Assembly: GCA_040954595.2 (NCBI GenBank)
Contig: CM082581.2
Coordinates: 5,386,699 to 5,450,698, forward strand
Direction: 5' to 3'
From: Balanoglossus misakiensis
Taxonomy: Eukaryota > Animalia > Hemichordata
DNA length: 64,000 nt
Positions within the stretch are counted from its first letter, which is position 1. Each line of letters begins with the position of its first letter. Below the pieces are notes generated by a model that saw nothing but the letters and a program-made list of their open reading frames with translations, did not search any database and had not been told where the DNA came from. Below, piece by piece: positions 1 to 13,300 of this stretch. The translations under genes were made by a program, and so were the position numbers.

Positions 1-3000
1 GTCATCGGTAATTTTATTATTTGTACAATTTCAGTGGCTCCCGGCATTGTATGTTCACGGGAATTCAATTTCTTTGAAGTGCGCGGTTATTTAGTGTTAC
101 AAATTAACCTGCAAAGCCGGCCGAAAGTAGTCTTAAACAGATTGACGTATATGAGAATTAACGTCTACTTTCTGAAAAGCTTTTCCCCTAGAATAGGACC
201 TGATCTTGAATACCGCCTGGGCGCGAATCCATTCTTAGATACCTCAGAGGCTTAACTACCCGAAGAATGACTACTTCTGCCTTCTAAACAGCTATTAAAA
301 TGAACTTTAAAAGAATATAATGCCACATTGATCGAGCCAATTACAAGATGGCGAACAGCGCATCTAAAGGCAGCGTGGATCGGAGTTACAGCGCATAATG
401 CCGATATCAACGTGGCACTTGGGCTTGAGAGCATCCGCAAGGAAAAAGCATTAGAGAAAAGACTTCAACGGATATCTGGCGTCAAGCGCAGCTGCTGTCG
501 GGCGTTTTCCGAGGATAAACCCTTTAATGCACTGAAAAACAACATTCCAACATTTGTCAGTGTTGAAGACGATCCATAATGTAAACTGAGATATGCAATC
601 GTGGTTAATGGTTAAGTACGTTAGTTCAGAGATTGTTACATGTAACTTTGTCCAGCGATACCATCGGGCGTGTTATTGCCGTGGCGAACACAGCTTCGGT
701 AGAAGCATTAATGTAGATGTATAAAAGGTAGAAAATCGAACAGATGGGTACATTCTATACAAAGAACCGCTGGGGTATCATCCTGCTGCTGGTGTTTTTT
801 TCCCATTCTGACACCAGGGGCTTGAACGGCTCCCGCGTCAGCGATGGACAAATTGAATAGATATGGGACCAACGGATATGTCAGTCACACGCATTCAGAG
901 TTTATCCCTCGCACAAGCACTTTGCCAGATTACGCTAATGGAAGCTTTTTGAATCAATATCCAATGGCCGGGATCCGAAGCGTGCGGGGGATATCTATCG
1001 GTTCTGGAAGCCCTTGATTGAAATCGTGGAAACGCGTATATATCCAGCCACGACAAAAAAAATCTCCCAGGTCGGGAACTTTCTGCTTTTTGGCGTTGCA
1101 GGAGTTGGCAGTTCATTAATTTCGGCGATATTAGCGCTGCGATCCGAGCAAATATCATCAATCATATTACACGTGTTGTCCAAAAAGTCTTAATGACTTT
1201 AAATTTCTCCTGTCAGATAAATCCTCTTGGTGTTTGCCGACTGGGACAGATGACGTCATTCTTAACCGCGGCTATCTCTCAAATACAATTCACTGAATTA
1301 TCCTACAGTCTGTGCGAAAAGGAGTTATGCATTCAGGAAAACAACTTGCCCTGATAAATAATCGTTTTAGCCGTTACACTTACAGTTCTGAGTGCTTCGT
1401 CAGCTGTACCTAGCGCCAAATTGATGGATTTGTTTGCGAACTATTCCAGTGGAAACCAATGCAAACAATTCCAACATTTTACCAAAGGCCGGGGATTAAG
1501 GAGCTTGATGTTATAGGCATGCGATTTCTATCATCTCTCAGCTTTATTTACTTGTTACATATTTCGAGGGAAGCCAGATATAGCACTAGTGTAAGTGAAC
1601 AAGACCAATGCGAGGCCCGACAACCGTTAACACTGTGGCTTTGCATTGAATAATATATGCTTTATGCACCAAGAACATACACTGGGCCTTTGACATTTAC
1701 GCTGAACATGGACATCTCAGTAAGTGAACGGACAATCAACACATTGGGGGTGACATAGTGACGAAATCAATTAACCCTAGGCCAAGGCACAATGCGTGAG
1801 AACTGGATTGTAACTGGCGTTGACTCAAACCGTGTTTCTTTGAACTATGCGGCGGCATTCCTATTTTCTTCCATACATGTTAATCGAGCTGACGAAGAAC
1901 TTCGACTTTAACTTATCCACATACTGTAGAAATTGAGGAGATAAATTTGAGAAGCTCAGAAATACCAGAAAAAAACTTTCGTGCGATTGAACAGGGCATT
2001 CACTATACTATTGAAAACGCAGATATTGAATTCAGTAAATACTCAAGATGTTTTGGGGCGGATAAGAGCATCTCTTGAGGAGACGCCCAAGACTCTGTGA
2101 AAACCGCCGAAGAAATTGGTCATCAAAGCCATCAATCTTTTAACTTTTTCGTCCTTCATGTTTGCAGATGTTTTTCGTCTTCCGTACATGCGATGATTTT
2201 ATTGCCCTGCGCATGCCAACCGTCGTCGTATACTAGTATATCCAGTGTTCACTTATTCACAAGAATCAAACTAAACACTTGCCTAGGGCATCGTTGGAAC
2301 CGTTTAACCTAGTGATGTTATTAACCTTTTGAGTTTGCAGTCTCTATTATCGGAATCCCGCAAATGGACAAATATGTTTGGAGAAAGCAAATAATGAATC
2401 GCAGATTACACCGTTTTGAAGTTTGGTTACATCTCAAACAAGGTTTTGTCGATATCATCAACCATGTTTGTCCCTAATTTGAATCCGTTACGGTGACACC
2501 TTTGTTGTAATGCCAGTAAACAGGTGACTCGCCGCAGCGTGACGCCATCTTGGATGGGGTCAGAGGTCAGTGTCGTTGCCATCAAGTGGTACCTCACGCT
2601 GTGGAGTATATTCTACAAACAACAAAGGCACTCTGAATTGACTTTGAGTTTTTACCAAATGAAGCAATCAGCTGCCTCTCACGCTGGGAAATATGGTTTG
2701 CGGTATTACAGTGAGATTGTGTTGACATCGTATAGAGGTCTCGACTGCCGGGTTCTCTACGGCATTTACAAATGTACTACAGCCTGACACCAGGGGGTAA
2801 AAGCAAGCACGGCATCTAATCAACGATAATCAGAATACGGGGATTTGCTATATACAGCCAAACATCGGGCCTCACGAAGGGGCTTCATTCTGCAAGATAT
2901 CCAACTCGATTCTATAAACTGGCTCTCCAAGCTTCACAAATCACAATGACCGTCCACTCAATATTTTCACTGAATGTTGTACACAACTCCCTGAAGGCAG

Positions 3001-3114
3001 AATTAATTTAGGATTGAGATAATAAACCGCCGGGTGACGTTTTTATAGCGATGTTCATACAAGACAATCTAGTAACATTCAATAAATAACAGACGAATTT
3101 ATCTAATCCCACAC

Positions 3115-3151
3115 ATGTTTTTTGAATGTTGCATGTTAATTGCGTCTGGAG
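3115..3151 (+). CDS. Candidate signal-peptide exon 1 of nAChR-like gene 1 (MFFECCMLIASG)
   Basis: ATG at 3115 follows in-frame stops. The exon ends GAG|gtaaga in phase 1, matching the phase-1 start of exon 4208 (G+AT = Asp). The peptide is short for a signal peptide, so the true exon may lie upstream of the window. Confidence 0.25.
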
Positions 3152-4207
3152 GTAAGATTTAATTGACCTATTCGGTGATCCATCGCACCCTGATGAATAT
3201 AGGATTCATTAAAGTCGTAAAATGCTGCTGCAGGTGTTTGTCTGAAATGCTATTTTATTAATTCCTATATGATAAACCATGTAAACGCTGTGAGTTAATT
3301 TCCCTTACGATTCGAGCTTGCCGAAGAAAGTCGAAAACTAATATAAAGCGACACCGTCACTGAAAGTGGTTTTGGTTCAGGCGTTACTGGTAAATTCATC
3401 AAAATTTAGACGTCTGTATTTAAAGAGCTTAGTGAAAGGATTTTAAGGGGAAATTCGAATAATCATGACACGCGGGAACTGAACTGTGAACAAATCTGAG
3501 AGAAAGTTTGACGGTGTCAGCTCGAGCATAACAGACAACCTACAGGACGAAAGTCATCTGACTCATTTCCCAAGGTTAAATTCTACAAGGACGCTTTTCG
3601 GACGCTTTCATCGATACGCAGTGTGTAACAGCGCAGAGCTAATTGATTCAGAATGGAAACCGATTGCTTGACGTGAAATACGGATAACTGCAGCAGTAAA
3701 GCCATAAAATAGTCTTACTGTGACCAACTGGTATAATAAATATTGTGATAGCAAGGCAGCTGTGTACATGTAGGTTGTAAAATTGAAACAACTTTATTAC
3801 AGGAGATGGACAGATGGAACATAAAACCCACTCATCTAAAACACCATAAACTTAAACATGATTCCAGGTGATCTCTTCATCAAATACTAACTGTCCATAC
3901 AAAAGCAGAAAACGACATTAACTTAATTTAATATCGAGATGCAGCTCATTAGGCTTTAAAAATCGGTACGAACAGAGTGATATTGAAACATCATAATATA
4001 GGCCTGATGGGTGACAAAATTTGCCTTTTGGACCTTTTCTTGTTCTTGTACTGTCTAACTCTGTTTCTGCTAGAATTTGTGGTGACGTGGGCGTCATGCA
4101 TACAATGTACTTCTAGCTCACCCCTACCGTAGTTTACAAACAGTGACGCCACGTATCGCTTGGCCATGACAATGATCTTAACGCCAATTATCCATGTTCA
4201 ATTACAG

Positions 4208-4347
4208 ATGTAGCCGCGAACCAATACCAATACAAGTTACTGGACGATCTCTTCTCTACTTACAAGCCAGAAATTCGCCCTGTCAAGAATCTGTCCACGG
4301 TCACACATGTCACATTCAAATTCTTCATGAATCTAGTTCTTGATATG
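4208..4347 (+). CDS. nAChR-like gene 1, 140-nt exon (N-terminal helix)
   Basis: ttacag|...|gtgagt; translates (D)VAANQYQYKLLDDLFSTYKPEIRPVKNLSTVTHVTFKFFMNLVLDM. Confidence 0.93.
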
Positions 4348-7300
4348 GTGAGTACGGTTGTTTTAGACACGATATTTCCTATGTTACACCGGGCCGCACG
4401 CATATTTGGTTAACAAAAACAGTCTGATGTATTTCAAAATAGCTTGGAATTTCTCTGTGTCAAGCGGATAAAATAAACTTGTTCTCCGACAATAGAAACA
4501 TCACCGGTGAAATTTCCAATTTTGCTGCATTTTAAGGGTCTAACTTAACTGTTAAAATTGTAGGTGTTGATTTATTTCTACAGTGAGACAGTGAACGTCT
4601 TCGTGGGCTAAAATGTTGCTAATTCTATTCGCGTGGTTTGCAGCAATGCATAGTAAGCTTCCTTTTCCGAGGGAAGTCAATCATTTACTGGTATTTCATC
4701 ACTCCGACATACAGAAACCCCAACCTATTTGGAAATGAGCCTTAACACAGATTATTCATTGAATAATTTACACGGACAGTATCAAACACTGCCCGGGTCA
4801 CAGCCATCATTTCACCGTCACAATTTATTGCTTTTTACAATGAATAAACTAATGAGTTGATAGTGTCAATGGACCATTTCAAATCATGCGCATATCTTAA
4901 TTGCGAACTGTCACATTAATGCCAACCGAGTTGAAATCAATTCTTGCTAATCGATTGAGGATTTTCTGTAACCTAAATGATGCTAATGAGATGGCCTAAT
5001 TCTTGTTGTCAATTAAATCGAGGTGTAAGGTATACTGTGACATTTTTTCGCCTTATTAAGGTAATGTATCCCATTGTTGCTGTATCGTTGTTATACAGCA
5101 TCACTCCGCTGTCATTGGAATGTACGTTTAGAAGATCTCTATCTGTCAAAACGTGCTTAATAAAATTACTCTCCAGATAAGAATCATTTCGAACACTCTG
5201 CCTTCCAAACCTTTCTCACCTTTAAACCAGTCCTTTCTGCGACCTTTGATTGTGAAACTATAGAACTTAAGTTTGTCGCTCCGTGTCTGAGTTGCCTGTT
5301 TCGAGACCCAGTCTCGAAACTGCTATTCATTTCAGGTCGTTACGGTTGGACACGCTATTTCTCGAATATTGCTGTTGTTCACTCAAAATGAAAAATAAAT
5401 CTTTCCTTTTAACATTTCATTTGGACAATATCAGTTTTCTACGGGCGAAATTCATGTTTATACATACTAATGTTTATAACAGATTAATGTTTATATATTT
5501 CTTAGTATTTTTTTGAAGAAAAACTTTTAAAAAAACTGAAGCAAAGATGCTTGCCATAGCGCCAGTTGGCGCGAAATCATCAAACATACACACTATTTCT
5601 TATTCCTTGTCGCGTTTACCTAATTCATATCATATTAACCTGTAGTTCGGCGGCGGCAGAACATCGGCAAATTAATGTTTAAACGAGGTTTCCTCTTTTA
5701 CCGCACCGGCGCAATGCATTTTGTGTCAACGCTACTGATTATTTTCCATCCATCTCTATCAGATGACGGATTTCGAGTGAATCTTACATGTGAACAAGGA
5801 ACGCAATCTCCGGCATCTCAGAAATGAAGAACGACCTAATCACTATTCAACATACGTACACGCGTTCCCGAACACACAAATATTTCCTGCGCGCTTCTTA
5901 TCGCAATTCGATTCCCGACGCAAGATTGCGTTGTTGCCCGCGGTGAAGTTATCACCTAGGAAATCCTTTCAATTGTACTCGATGCCTTTGGAGGTAATGC
6001 AGCGCTGTTGGATGCTCAGATACTCGAACAAGTTATCCCCGACGTGATATAATCCCCTGTACGCAACAACCTCCGCACGACTTCACTTAATGGGCAAAAG
6101 CAAATTACTACCGCCCGCATTGTGGATAATCCTAGACGGTGTCGTTCGCTTGTATTTGAACACCACATATTAAAGGAAGGTTCTTAAGTAGACATAACAT
6201 ATATCTAGCGATCTTCTGAGTTATATTTGGCATTAACAGAACCATTCAACAATAGTCTCATATTTTCTGCCGCAAAATTTCTCCTGACCGAGTGTATTGA
6301 ACTCTAAAACAACAGTGTAGAAGCCTGTAAAACGTCTTTTCACTCATTGTCAAGTAATTCCAATAGTATTGTCAGAGAATGACGCAATTCTGTAATGACT
6401 AAATGAGGTTATATATTATGCGTCATTTGGACTACGTGCAGTTCGTCGGAAACTGGAAGTCGAGTAGATTCAAATTACAATCGTGACGTATAGGTCACTT
6501 ATCTTTGACATCATCGATATACTAGATGTGTACTGGTACCAAAACCTCTTCCAGATTCACCCCATGCGGTATTTCGCTCATCTATAACATCACTCGCATT
6601 TGCATGTTTGTCATGGTTATGATGTGTTGGGTTCAAACATTTAGATGGGGTAACGTCATGCCAACAGAGTTAACCGCACAGAAAAAAACCCGTAAACTTC
6701 TATAGTCTGAAATGGAAATAAGTGAAGTGCACCTACATGTATGTTAATTAAATATTGATGTAACTGTCGACATCTATTCCTTGACCCACTTAAAGTCCCT
6801 GTAGATGAACCGAGTTAATCTAATTGAAAGCACCTAACTGACGTTGCGACAACGGAGCACTGTGTCTGTGTTGACAAGTCCTCCCTTCAGCGACCTTTCA
6901 ATTCCGCAAAACGTTGACGAATCCGTCAAAGTTTAGAGTTGCATTTGCCGTTGACAGCTAATTTGCATATTTCACTAACGTTTGCAATTTCGACAATTGG
7001 TCCCGCGTTCCTGCCCAGAACTTTATGAAACTTGCCAGAAATATTATCTTTTCAAATGTATATACTTAGGGACGCTTTGCAATTTTTAATCAATAATTGC
7101 AAGTTGAAAGTTGCAAATCAAATGAACTTTGACGAAACCTGCTTCAGTAACTTGAATAAAAAGGAAGGTGGTGACGTTTTGGTTGATGGGGATGAATACC
7201 CCAATCCTCTTACAGAAGCGACTTAACACATAATTTTTATTGGAAGATGAACTGGTAGAAATCATGTGACCTACTTCACTTGTGCATTTATTTATGTCAC

Positions 7301-10300
7301 GTGATTTCTGACAAAAGATCTGATCAGATCTGGGACGATGAGGCACATCTCTAAGCGCGACATTCACCATCTAACAACGTACACGTTTGGCGCCCGGAAC
7401 GCTTTAGCTGAGCGCTGTCGCTACAAACGGGGATAACTTAATGGGTTGTGAATTCCCTTTTCCTACTACACCGCCAACTTCCGCTTTTATACACACTCTT
7501 AAACAACGCAATAAAACGTAGTGAGCGCTTATATCTGGTTACCATGGCAATCCTAAAGGGAAATCGCTGATATTTCTGCTATTACATTAATTCTGTTTTG
7601 TGTATCGCGCGCTCTGTCACCTTACTCCAATCTGCACAAAATATTCAATACTTGATTTGTCACTTGTCTGACGTAAAATGAAGGACAAGGTTACTTGCCA
7701 CCTGACATTTCTGTCATTTTAATCGGCAATGGTGGATTTTACTGCCGAACGCGTTTGAGCCTCGTGTGTCTCGCGTTTCTTTTGTGGGCATATAGAAGAT
7801 TGGAGTATGACTGAAACGTGAATGGCAGACAAGGACCTTGCCAATCTTCACTCCGTACTAAACTGCCAAATGGGAATCACATTTTGCAATGATTTTTGGT
7901 TTGATTGGAGAAATGCTAGCCGAAAAAAATGAAATAAGAAAAGAAAGTAATAGAGACAGGAAGCAAGAGTAAAGTTGCGAAACTTTATTGTCACGTCCCT
8001 GCATCAGCTGTTATATATTTCTGAAAAGTTGAAACGAGCAGGTCTTTAAGTCGTGTTGCAAGAACCTCGCATGCTAAATACAACTGCAAACATCATTTGA
8101 CGGCATTCGCATGTTTGCTCGCACTCAATTTATAAAGAGAAAACTCGTGGCGACAGAGTTCGCCGCCAATTTGAGAAAATTGATTGGGTGTTTATGCTCA
8201 GTTCCAGAAATTTGCAAAATAGAAATTTGTCACCACGAGCGCGTTGCTAAACTCCTACTGAAAGGAGGTCAATTAACTCCTAGCTGCGTGCAAATCTTAT
8301 TTGACAGATTTGTGATTGGTTGACAACATAGCAGTCGAATTTCTATCTCATTTATATTCTGGACCGCCAGCGATGGCCTTTGTCGCCACTTTTAATTCTC
8401 GCGACTGCTTGGAAATGATTCTCACATGTTGCAATTGTTTGCTTGAGCCAGTCGTGCCCGCAATGCGCATTATACTGTCAACTGCAGATTTTAGTAGACA
8501 TCTGAACAATTAATGTTTTAAATGATTGACAGTGGTTTAATGTTTTTCAACAACCAACCTATTTTTTATGACTGAATGCAAGATAAAGTTCACTGTGTTC
8601 GGTATAACTGGTTCATCAGCGCGATACAATTATTACGATTATTACAAACTGTCGAGCTGAGACAGTTTGGCGCCATCGGTCTGCCGTCATCAATTCCCAG
8701 CAAACACGCTGGTGAATAAAAAAGGTGGGTTGTTGAAAAACATTAAAGTACTGAAAACATTAACCCATACCGGCCCAGACGCGTCTATTTTTAAAAGGTT
8801 ACCGCGCCCCTGGGTCATCAATGATGACCGTCCTTTGATTTGTGCACCAGAGAGTGAATTTGCATAAACAAGTCAGAACAGGTGCGACTCCTTAAATTTT
8901 CAAACTGCACAGCAGATGGAGCGTGCATATAAAGTTTGCACGTGTTACACTTCAAATGTTAACACCGTTGTCAAGTTCTATTGAGATATGATGATTTGCA
9001 ATAAAGCGGTTATCGCCCTAGGCCTAGGCTTATGTGGCATTGAAGTTTATGAGACCTCAGTTCCGTGATTTAGTGCCCTAGGGTTTACTGAGATATGACG
9101 AGGGAGATGAACTTGAAACACCCTGTTTTATGTCCTTTGGCCAATTTCCAAGGAGACTTATAATAAATTCCTGGTTGTTGTCAACGAGCCTTTAAACGAC
9201 TATGTCATGTTTACCAAAGTGTTGATCAGCCGGTATGTGTGTGTTACCGTGTTTGTGTGTCATTCCACATGGAATCACTTGCAGTATGAAGAAGGAACGA
9301 GGTGGAATTTTAAAAGAAATTATTTCTCGTCCAAAGCACAAGTAACTTAATATGAAAAAAGAGGAAATTACTTTCCGAGCGGGATTACCACGTTACATGA
9401 TTAAACCGATTTGTAGACCGAATTCCTTGTTTCCATATACATGTACGTATATGCATGTGCCTCTTTTGATAAACGTGACACATAATCAGGAATTTCGAAA
9501 TAAAGGTGCGAGTATTTGTATTAAACGTTTCTGTCTTCAGAATATGTAAATTGAAAAAAAAACGTTCAAGGTTGCCATAGCAATCAGACTGTGTTGCGAA
9601 GCATTTCCATATAAATTGGAGTGTGTGTTGCTGTCGCAGAGACGAGATTTGGGTCATTGGACAGGAAATTAACTTCAATGTCTAACACGCGACGTTTTGA
9701 GGCTACATTGTAAGATAACGTATCATTGTCCCTATCCACTTCTACCGCAGCGGTATTTCTCACGGAAAGTTTTCCACTTATTGGGTATTTCAAGTCACAA
9801 ATCCGGGAAGCGTGCTTTCTCCAATGGAGTCGATTGTTTAACAACCATGCGTGTCAGTTTTGCTTTCAGAAAGTCCGTTTATGAGTTGAGAAAAAAATTC
9901 CCAACGGTCGCAATTCTAGGGAACCGATGTCACGGAAATTAGTATTTTAACAATAGATTGAAAGTAGCCAAGATCATTCACATGTTGACAATTTCCTATT
10001 TTCTTTCTCAAGACCTTAGAAGACTAAAGACAGTGCACGTGCATTAGTCAGTTATGACTTACGTTTCTCGGATATTGTGTAGTAATTACACATTCATAAT
10101 CACAAAAACGTAACGGGAATCGTTCGTAAATAATAGTAAATGTTCAGAAATACCCCTACTTGGAAGGAATGCGGAGATATCTAATAACAAATGCAGTGAT
10201 TTAAAAATGCAAATGGCAAAAGGCGCGACAACATAACTACCATTCAAGTTCACATCTCGACCTTCAATGACCCGTAAAATCTTCCGTGGCAAACGTGCTC

Positions 10301-13300
10301 TGGTAGATATATCATGTGTCCAACCCGTTAATAGGCATTTTCCATAAATACTCAAGCAAACTTCAAATAGAGATACAAAATTAACACACTCCAATTCAAA
10401 AGGGCAAAACACTTAAGTTACAAGACGGCACATAAAACGTGCACACACTTTATCAACTGTAATTTGACCCAAAGCTGATAGTAGTACGAATGGCTTTCGC
10501 GAACCAATTGAGCGACCAGCTATATTTACTACAGTGGTATCTTGATTTTATCATTTCAGGACGAGAAGAACCAGAAGTTAACAAGCAATACTTGGATTAC
10601 ACTCGTGAGTAACTGCTCTTACTTACAACACATGTGAGAAATATAACTTACAATGTAACATTGGCGAATGTCACAACAAACTTACTGTCAGGGATCAGTG
10701 ATGTTGCGTAATACATCGGACTTCATAATTCAGTTACATACTAGTATGTAACTGATTACATAGGTATCACCTTTAAGGGATGTCTATAGTTCCCAAGCCT
10801 GAAGCAAGTAAAGTATAAGCTAAGCTGTAATATTCATACAATCAACACTGGATCAACAACTGTAATTAAAAGGGGTTTTCAACAAACTTTATTTCGGCCC
10901 AAATGGTTTCGCAAAATTACTGTCGTGCAACCGGATATGCATACAATATAATTTTAAAACCACTAATTAAACTCAGTAAGAATAACTCGTTAACTCCATA
11001 AGTTATTACTGAGTGGTTAATCATTAATAATGTTTAATTGGCACGTACTTATAATTACAACTATGGCAAATCTAGCAATTAACACAACCAGATTATAGTA
11101 TCGCAAAAATGAATATTTAGAGTTTAATTAGCACAATATAATGACAAAAACTGCTTTTAAAAACATAAGCTGTCCATCGCTATAACATTTCTCAACAATT
11201 CTGGGACTATCACAAACACCAAGAAGAAGAAACAGGTTTACATTTTTAAAGGAAGGCATGTTGTATTTTTAACCTGAATGTTGACTTTGTCCGCAGATCT
11301 GGCAAGACGAATATTTGATGTGGAATGAAGATGAGTATGATGGAGTTAATAATTTCAAAATATACGCAGATCGCCTTTGGGTACCGGACATCTATTTTTA
11401 TCAAAAGTAAGACTAATATTTTCATTTGGCTGAACGCGATCTGGCTTTTATTCAATTAACATTACACTGTGTAGCTGCTGGTTATAAATATTAAGCTTGT
11501 GTTGACCAGTACAGAAGATCATTCGGCCAGTAGAGGCAAGTTAGGGTTTAGGAAACGAGAAATAGTAGACCATGGGGAAATATACAGAGGTCGGTCAACT
11601 TCTCCACCAATATGTGTTTCCTATGATCATTCATGCCGGTATGAAACAAACGAACTTCACGTGTATCTGAATGCTGGCCAAAATCGTTGCGTATAGTACA
11701 GCGCCACCAAACTCGACAGCTACTTTTCAACTCAAATTTATTACGATCGAATCGATATGATATTACCTCATGTGGTGTCAAGTAATTGTTTTGTTTATGT
11801 TTGAAAATAATTGGAAATGCATAATACTGGCACTTTACCCGTCACTTATTACAGTGATCATAAAGGTTTATGGGAAGCGTTATGTAGAAAATGCTCCTTC
11901 ATGTGTCATGCGGTTTATGTAATGCCGACCCCAGAAAAGCAATTTCAAGCTCGATATGAAAGGAAAATAAAGCTGTCAATCACTGTGTAGACCTATATCA
12001 CCGGAACCCACTGTTGGGAAAAGGGTAATAATGTGTTCGCGGTTCCCCATTAATTGAAGTTTAACGCTTATTGATAAAGATGCTAAGCAAGAAAAATGTG
12101 GAGTTTTCGTTTAATTCTATAAACTTCCGCAGAGGTACACATTTACAGGCTATCATTTCTAATTAAGCCTGAATCATCGCCAGAGTATGCAAAAACATAG
12201 GCATTTGCAGCCAGACTGGTTCTCGGTAGCCATCGCTCGCCGTAAATTGATTTTGATTACGTTTTTACGATCGTGTCGGAAATAAAGTACCCTCGTAAAT
12301 TAGAGCGTTAATCACTGTCTGTCTCGTTAGAGCATTTCTCTTGCGGGCTACTTGTTATAGAGGGCGTGACGGGGGGATGGTATTCCCTGGAGAGTGTCCT
12401 AAGTACATTTAATGTATATGACTAAAGATGCCATGCTCGTTGACATCCGTTGTTAGTACGGTTATCATTCACGTTCAATGAATCATTCTGACATGGAGGG
12501 GTCTTTCAACTTGTGCTTACATCTGTATTCACGTGCACGGCATGCAATGATCTGATTAGGGGTGGGGCAGGGATAAGAAAGAAAATCCCCATCCATGATA
12601 TTACTGCTGTTATTGTAATAAATCCGCCCTTTCTTGTGTTGTCGTTACAGCGCTGCAAGTAAATACGAGAACTTCTTGGCCGGCCACCTGGCTGTGGTGT
12701 ACAGTCACGGCGAGATCTACTGGGCCGCTCCTGTCATCTTCGAATGCCACTGCAAGATCGACACGCGCTACTTCCCGTTCGACAGACAGCAGTGTGTGAT
12801 GAAATTTGGAACTTGGCAGCATGATGGTACAGAGGTGGCCCTCAACGGCTCAGGTATACTGAGGAGTGACTTTCACGCCTCCGTTTGAACTTGACATCCG
12901 GGTATTTTTGTGGCATGAGTTTTTACTCTATAGCCTATCACAGACCTTGCAAACATTTGTATTGCATGTGTTATTATACAAAAGGCTGAAAACTTGAGTG
13001 ATGTATGATTACCAAAAATCCTGGGATGTAAGGTCACTCAGGGGTCATTGGAGCGGCCAATTGCAATCACAGAGTCATTGCATCGTCCTTAATGTTATCA
13101 TCTCTCGTCGAGAAACGATTTCAAAAAATAATCCTAGCATGAACGATCTTTAATATCTCTGGCCTGTGACCTTTATGACGCAGAGTAGTGCTACATATTT
13201 TTTTTAAAAAGGACCAGCAGTTGCACCCCGCAAAGTTTCTCCAGTTTGGTCATATGGCAATTAATCCAATAAGACAAGATCGCTCTAAGTCCACAACATA

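Noticed and set aside
744-860. Short ORF MGTFYTKNRWGIILLLVFFSHSDTRG... as the signal exon of gene 1
   Set aside because: It is hydrophobic, but no GT donor in the required phase 1 follows the hydrophobic stretch, and the frame runs to a stop.
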